Shown piece after piece: positions 58,854 to 64,000 of a DNA stretch of 64,000 nucleotides. Under the pieces are notes generated by a model. The model saw only the letters and a list, made by a program, of their open reading frames with translations. It ran no database searches and was not told the origin of the DNA. This stretch comes from an uncultured Verrucomicrobiae bacterium (GTDB taxonomy: Bacteria; Verrucomicrobiota; Verrucomicrobiia; Chthoniobacterales; JAFAMB01): assembly GCA_963813025.1 (NCBI GenBank), contig CAWEXO010000001.1, positions 32,001 to 96,000 of the forward strand, read 5' to 3'. The first letter of the stretch is position 1. Each line of letters begins with the position of its first letter. The position numbers and the translations under genes were made by a program.

Positions 58854-59555
58854 TCACACTGTCCGAGCCCGGACTGGCAGGCCAACTTGCCCTTTCGCTA
58901 AATCCGCAGCACGGCGCGCGGCGACCACGAAAGCCTGGAGTTTTCCGAAGTTTTTCTGCCCGGGCTCCGACTCAACTCCGCTGGCGACATCCACTGCGTA
59001 AGGATGCAGGAGACTGATTGCTTGCTCGACATTGTCCGGCGTCAAACCGCCGGAAAGGATAAGCGGTTTGGCCAGGAGCAGACCGACCTTTTGTTCCCAC
59101 GCAAATCTGCGGCCGGTTCCTCCCAATCTGGATCCGGCCGAACTATCCAGCAAAATCGCGTTCACTGGGTACTCGTCCGCATGGTTACCAGACCACTCGG
59201 CGGAAACACCAATCGCCTTGATCACCGGCTTCTGAAATTGACGGAGCCGGTCGCAGAATTCCGGCGATTCCAGACCGTGCAGCTGGATTGCATCGAACAG
59301 CGGGCACGTCAGCAACGCTTCCGCTTTTTCAAATGTCGGATTCATGACGACAGCGACCGTTGTGATCTTGTGTTTTGCCTTCCGGATCCAGGCGGCGGCC
59401 TGCGCCAAAGTCACCTGCCGTTTCGATCCCGCTACCAGATTGATGCCGATTGCGTCGGCCCCCGCGTCAATCGCGGCAACGGCATCCGACCAGCGTGTAA
59501 TCCCGCAGATTTTTATCCGAACAGCAGCGGGGTCCGGTTGAAAAAAAAGCTTCAT
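58854..59555 (-). CDS. trpF: Phosphoribosylanthranilate isomerase
   Basis: IKICGIT, QLHGLE, GGTG, LSGGLTPDNV, VDVASGVE. Confidence 0.94.
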   Translation of the reverse strand: MKLFFQPDPAAVRIKICGITRWSDAVAAIDAGADAIGINLVAGSKRQVTLAQAAAWIRKAKHKITTVAVVMNPTFEKAEALLTCPLFDAIQLHGLESPEFCDRLRQFQKPVIKAIGVSAEWSGNHADEYPVNAILLDSSAGSRLGGTGRRFAWEQKVGLLLAKPLILSGGLTPDNVEQAISLLHPYAVDVASGVESEPGQKNFGKLQAFVVAARRAADLAKGQVGLPVRARTV

Positions 59556-59809
59556 TTAGCGAGGCCGTCCTTCAGAGCGATGAGATTTACCGAAAAAAGG
59601 CGGCGTGGAGATCTGGCTATCCGCTGTTTCACGGCCTCGCTGGATAGAGTCCTTGAACGGCGAAGCATAGAATAAGTGGGGAAAAATCCGCTTGAAAAAG
59701 CTTCTTCATCTACATCGAATTTCAGTATTGAAGGACTCTGTTGTTTTTCTGTTTACTCGCAAGCGATTCCTAATACCTTGGGCCAAATCAAAAGGAGTCG
59801 TTTGGCAAT

Positions 59810-60151
59810 ATGGAAGGTGATTTAAGACGGAAAAAGGGGCCAGCGGAAAAGCGTGTTCATCGTGCACCGACGGAGAGTGAACTTCAACCAGCTGAGCCGG
59901 CAAATCAATCGGAAGAAGGATCTCCCAAAACGGAAGAAGCTTTCCCAAAAGCCGTTACTCGGCGAAAGCAGAGCGCTGCTCCGGGCGCAAAACGCGGTGC
60001 TCGCAAGAAGTCCGGTCCGAGCTTTGAACAGATCCAGCTGCGCGCTTATTTCATCGGCGAGCGCCGGCATAAGCTCGGTCAACCGGGCAACGAAACTTCT
60101 GACTGGGTACAGGCCGAACGGGAATTGCGACGCGAGGAGAGAGCAAAGTAG
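59810..60151 (+). CDS. DUF2934-domain protein
   Basis: IQLRAYFIGERR..G...DWVQAEREL. Confidence 0.85.
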   Translation: MEGDLRRKKGPAEKRVHRAPTESELQPAEPANQSEEGSPKTEEAFPKAVTRRKQSAAPGAKRGARKKSGPSFEQIQLRAYFIGERRHKLGQPGNETSDWVQAERELRREERAK

Positions 60152-60158
60152 GAACTTT

Positions 60159-61232
60159 TTAGAAGGGAGCGCGCGCATCCAGCCGGCGCTCCGCTTTTTC
60201 GTCGATTCGCAGATCGTAGATCCCGCCGGCCGGCAAGTCTTTGGCCCATTGCAAGGATGTGCTCGTGATCACCTTTTGCGAATCCGCCGGCAAGCTTTGC
60301 AGAAGCCGGTTCCGACGCCGGTCATCCAGCTCGCCAAAGACGTCGTCGAGCAGCAACACCGGCGGCCGATGGAATTCGGTCTGCAGCAGACGCGCCTGCG
60401 CTAGCTTTAGCGCCAGTGCGGTCGTTCTTTGCTGCCCTTCCGATCCAAAAAGATCGGCCGGACGCGCATTGATTAACACCAGCAGATCGTCGCGGTGCGG
60501 ACCTATGATGGTCGTTTTCAGACGGTGCTCTTCATCCGCGCTGGCGGCCAGTTCGGATGCGAAGTCTGCGCGGACGCCTGGCGAATAGCGCAACGTGATT
60601 GCCTCACCGCCATCGCTGATCGCGGAGAAAGCGGAGTCGAAAGCCGGTTGCAACCGTTCGACCAGAAAAGCTCGCAAAGCGGTGAGTTGATGGCCAAACT
60701 TCAACAGCAACGTCGTGTACGCGGCCACTTCCCGAGGGCGTGCCGGGACCATCTTCAAAAAGGCGTTTCGTGAACGCAACGAGCGCTCATACGACCGGAG
60801 CACCTCGCGGTAATTTCGCACTATTTGGTTGCCGGCGAAATCGAGGAACCGCCGGCGCTGTTCGGCCGAACCGCGCACCAGATCGATGTCCGAATTCGCG
60901 AAATAAACTACCCGACCGACGGACAAGTATTCGTCCGGTTTCGCGTGTACGACTCCGTCGAGGGCCAGCTTTCTTCTGCTCGAACTGTAATAGAACTGCA
61001 GATGATAATTGTTCGCGTAGCCATCGAGAACCAAGCCTTTGGCTCCGAACCGGATAGTTTGCTGGAGAGAAGCAGTTCGGGGGGATTGTAACCGAACAAG
61101 TACGGCGATCGCCTCGAGCAGCGACGTCTTGCCAACCGCGTTTGGGCCGACAAAACAGGTCATCGCTGGATGAAGCTCTAGCTCGAGCTGCCGGAAACAA
61201 CGAAAATCCCGAAGCTTCAAAGAGCGGAGCAC
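60159..61232 (-). CDS. recF: DNA replication/repair protein RecF
   Basis: GPNAVGKTS, RRRFLD, GPHRDDL, SEGQQR, LLDDVFGELD. Confidence 0.95.
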   Translation of the reverse strand: MLRSLKLRDFRCFRQLELELHPAMTCFVGPNAVGKTSLLEAIAVLVRLQSPRTASLQQTIRFGAKGLVLDGYANNYHLQFYYSSSRRKLALDGVVHAKPDEYLSVGRVVYFANSDIDLVRGSAEQRRRFLDFAGNQIVRNYREVLRSYERSLRSRNAFLKMVPARPREVAAYTTLLLKFGHQLTALRAFLVERLQPAFDSAFSAISDGGEAITLRYSPGVRADFASELAASADEEHRLKTTIIGPHRDDLLVLINARPADLFGSEGQQRTTALALKLAQARLLQTEFHRPPVLLLDDVFGELDDRRRNRLLQSLPADSQKVITSTSLQWAKDLPAGGIYDLRIDEKAERRLDARAPF

Positions 61233-61299
61233 GGTTCAGATGAGCAGTTTGTCAAGTATCAGTCAATCGAGCGGTTTGCCTGCTCGCCGCCTCACTGTC

Positions 61300-61745
61300 C
61301 TGTGTCGGTAGGGCGAAAATTTTAGAGAACGTCTCGCAACATCCGCTGACCCACGACCGGTAGGGCGAAAATTCATTCGAGCGCCAGCGAGAACTTGTTT
61401 GAGCCGTCTTGGAGGGGTGGCACACTCCTTGTGTCCGGCTCAAACGAGTCCTCGCTAAGGCTCGGATAAATTTTCGCCCTACCGGACCAGGGCCGAGGCT
61501 ATGTCGTGAGACACTCTCTTTTATGCGAGCCGCTTTCGGCATATTGGCGCGACATGGATACGTGTGGCAGGGATGAGCTCCCGACTACGGACAAGCCTTC
61601 GTCGCGGCCCGGATATGGAATGGCACAAACGCTTGAGCGGAGGGCGCGCCGTAGCATTGCGGAGGTGGCCTGCTCGTCCGGGTCGAGAGGTGGCCCGCGC
61701 GCTGCCGGTCAAGCGGGAGCATGCCCTGAGCCTGCCCCCTGCCAA
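61300..61745. repeat. Composite REP/MITE cluster (family A copy 3 plus family B copy 2)
   Basis: CGGTAGGGCGAAAATT twice, AAATTTTCGCCCTACCG, end motif TGAGACACTCTCT; 61570-61741 mirrors 46311-46486. Confidence 0.8.
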
Positions 61746-61823
61746 CGCGGGGTTGTGCAACAAGTCTCTAAATTTTCGCCCCCCGGCACAAGGCCGGCCC
61801 AGCTTTCGCGGTCAACCCCTTAC

Positions 61824-62366
61824 CTACTTCAAGGATGGAGCGGCAACGCTGGGTACTTGCTTCCACTGATCAGCTACCGCGGGCGGCAGCGTATCCATCC
61901 GCTTAAGGAACATCGCTATCTTCCAAATATCTTTTTCGTTCAGCGTCGCAGCAAAGCTTGGCATCGCGGTGAAGCGAATCCCATGCTTTATCTTCCAGAA
62001 CGACGCCGACTCCGGATCGTCTTCGACACCATCCCGAGCGAGTTGCGGTGCTTCGATGTAGAAGCCTTGCGCCAGCCTGGATGGCATGGCGTCCGCTGCG
62101 CCATGACATATCGCGCAGTTCTCGGCGTACAGATGTACCCCGGCGATCAAATTCTCGTCGGTTGGCTGAAGCGGATTGCTGAGCGTTTTGGTGTCGCGCT
62201 CGATTGCCGCGTGCAACGCCGTGTTGGCAACCCACTGTTCCAGCGTGGAGGGCTTGCCATCGGCGTTCGCTGGCACGATGCCTGTCTTGACGGCGAAGAA
62301 TCCCGCGCAAACGAGTATGACCAATGTGAGGATGATGCCGGCGAGGAAACTAACGATCAATCTCAT
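61824..62366 (-). CDS. Membrane-anchored c-type cytochrome
   Basis: N-terminal TM helix, CAICH heme motif, GIRFTAMP. Confidence 0.9.
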   Translation of the reverse strand: MRLIVSFLAGIILTLVILVCAGFFAVKTGIVPANADGKPSTLEQWVANTALHAAIERDTKTLSNPLQPTDENLIAGVHLYAENCAICHGAADAMPSRLAQGFYIEAPQLARDGVEDDPESASFWKIKHGIRFTAMPSFAATLNEKDIWKIAMFLKRMDTLPPAVADQWKQVPSVAAPSLK

Positions 62367-62413
62367 AGAGTTCTTTAGAATTCAGTCTGTGTGCCTTTGT
62401 GTCAGACTTCCAC

Positions 62414-63241
62414 TCAGCTCTTCACTGCGCCCGCGGTTAGCCCAGTCACCAAGCGCCTCTGGACGATCGCGAAGAAGATCACCGTCGGAACGATGGCGAT
62501 CACGGTGCCGGCGGTGATCAGACCCCACCTCACTTCCAAGCTGCTCATGAAAGTTTGCAGCCCGATAGGCAAGGTCTGCGTCGTATTGCTCTGTGACAAG
62601 ATCGATACAAACAGGTAATCGCCCCAGGAGACAACAAACGCAAAAAAGCCGGCGACCACTAGTCCCGGGATCGCTACCGGATAGATGATCCGGAATAGTA
62701 CCCCAAGACGGGAGCAGCCGTCGATCAGGGCCGCCTGATCGAGTTCGCGCGGAATCGCGTTGAAATAGCCGGTCAACATCCAGAGGGCGAACGGAAGGGT
62801 AATCGAGGTGTGAGTGAGAATCAGCCCCAGATGGCTGTCAACCAGGTTGAGGTTGGACATCATAACATAAAAAGGAATCAGCACGAGCACGTAGGGAAAG
62901 AATTGCGGTAACAGCGCGCTCATCATGAAAAGCCGCTTTCCCTTTAAGGCGAACCGGCTCAGCGCGTATGCTCCCAGGCTTCCCAGAAAGACGACTAACA
63001 CCATCACGCTGGTGGCGATCAGAAACGAGTTCGTTACGAAAGTTGTGAAATTGCTGATTTGAAACGCTGCAAAATAGTTGCTCAACGTTAATTCCGTCCA
63101 GTGCGGCAGAAGGCGCCCCGACTGGATCGAATCGGTTGTGCGAAAGCTGGAGAGGGTCAACCAGGCAATTGGCAGCAGAAGAAAGGTGTAGAACACAGCT
63201 AAACCGGCATAGGTTACAACCGCTCTGGGCGAAACCTTCAT
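62414..63241 (-). CDS. Carbohydrate ABC transporter permease
   Basis: IPRELDQAALIDG EAA loop, TLPIGL, GLTAGAVK. Confidence 0.92.
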   Translation of the reverse strand: MKVSPRAVVTYAGLAVFYTFLLLPIAWLTLSSFRTTDSIQSGRLLPHWTELTLSNYFAAFQISNFTTFVTNSFLIATSVMVLVVFLGSLGAYALSRFALKGKRLFMMSALLPQFFPYVLVLIPFYVMMSNLNLVDSHLGLILTHTSITLPFALWMLTGYFNAIPRELDQAALIDGCSRLGVLFRIIYPVAIPGLVVAGFFAFVVSWGDYLFVSILSQSNTTQTLPIGLQTFMSSLEVRWGLITAGTVIAIVPTVIFFAIVQRRLVTGLTAGAVKS

Positions 63242-64000
63242 TGCGCTTCGGCAAAACCTCCAATGACTTTGTTGCAAGCCCAGACCAGGAGCACCAGGAG
63301 CACTAGCATGACGACTCCTCCGGCGCTCGCATAGCCAAGCGCATACCCGTTCCACGCCTGTTTATAGATGTAGGTCGGCAAAACCTCTGTCGCGGTGACC
63401 GGTCCGCCGCCGGTTGAAAGATAGACGAAATCGAAATTGTTAAAGGTGAAGGTCACATGAAGCACGACCATCACGAGAATGATGTAACGGAGGTTTGGCA
63501 GCGTGATGGAGAGAAACTGGCGCCAATTCCCTGCTCCATCGATCCGCGCCGCTTCATAGAGTTCAATCGGAATAGCCTGCATCGCTGCCATAAACGCGAC
63601 CGCATAAAACGGCACGTTCCGCCAGAGATGCATCACCAGAATCAAAAGAAACGCGGTACTCTCGTCGCCCAGCCAGTTGCGGGCAAGAGTGCCGAGCCCG
63701 ATATCGCGCAAAACGATATTGACGAAACCATAATTCGGCAGGGTCACGAACCGAAACATGACCACCGAGGCGATGATCGGCAGCACCCAGGTAACCATGG
63801 CAACACTGCGAAAGATCTGGATGCCGGGCATCTGCTGAACCAGGAGATGGGCCAGAACCAGACCCAGGAATACCTGAAGTAGAACGGCCGAAATCGTGAG
63901 TTCAAAGGAGTGAATCAGGGAAATCCGAAAAACCGGATCGCCGAACAGTTTGCCATAGTTCTGAAATCCGACCCACGCTGACTGATTCGGGTTAATCAAC
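63238..64000 (-). CDS. Sugar ABC transporter permease (5' end outside the window)
   Basis: VGFQNY, ELYEAARIDGA, TGGGP. Confidence 0.92.
   Translation of the reverse strand, partial: LINPNQSAWVGFQNYGKLFGDPVFRISLIHSFELTISAVLLQVFLGLVLAHLLVQQMPGIQIFRSVAMVTWVLPIIASVVMFRFVTLPNYGFVNIVLRDIGLGTLARNWLGDESTAFLLILVMHLWRNVPFYAVAFMAAMQAIPIELYEAARIDGAGNWRQFLSITLPNLRYIILVMVVLHVTFTFNNFDFVYLSTGGGPVTATEVLPTYIYKQAWNGYALGYASAGGVVMLVLLVLLVWACNKVIGGFAEAQ

Noticed and set aside
61506..62378. 290-aa plus-strand ORF
   Set aside because: Runs through a repeat cluster and antisense to the cytochrome c gene; no protein-like motifs

Overview
Bacterial chromosomal window, moderately GC-rich; the gene repertoire suggests a soil Verrucomicrobiota (Chthoniobacterales-like) host, which is an inference. 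Bases 1 to about 17830 are the right part of an integrated phage-related element abutting the 3' end of a tRNA(CAU) gene (17829-17901, minus strand). It carries a tyrosine integrase, an XRE repressor/excisionase pair, an AAA_24 ATPase, an HNH protein, a DUF669 SSB, a primase-helicase with a downstream ori-like region, cargo (a GH13 glycosidase fused to an ABC sugar-binding protein; a DUF2971 protein), a lambda-like cos site, Nu1/GpA-type terminase genes, three small RHH-like genes and an S49/SDH protease with an unannotated acidic microprotein. No portal, capsid or tail gene is visible, so it looks like a cos-packaged satellite with its own terminase or a deleted prophage. Many island genes carry small indels. 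Right of the tRNA lie a scar of a type I-G CRISPR-Cas locus (truncated cas7/csb1, a PIN remnant, a nucleotidyltransferase pair) and then mostly housekeeping genes: ECF sigma/anti-sigma, rlmN, terC-family, luxE/luxC-like, ahcY-metK-sahR, alpha-amylase, molybdate-type ABC transporter, a peptidoglycan hydrolase cluster, a MarR-controlled transport module, mutS, sdhCAB, leuB, trpF, recF and sugar ABC permeases. Intergenic regions contain several REP/MITE-like families and short tandem repeats. All family calls come from motif recognition by eye, not database searches.
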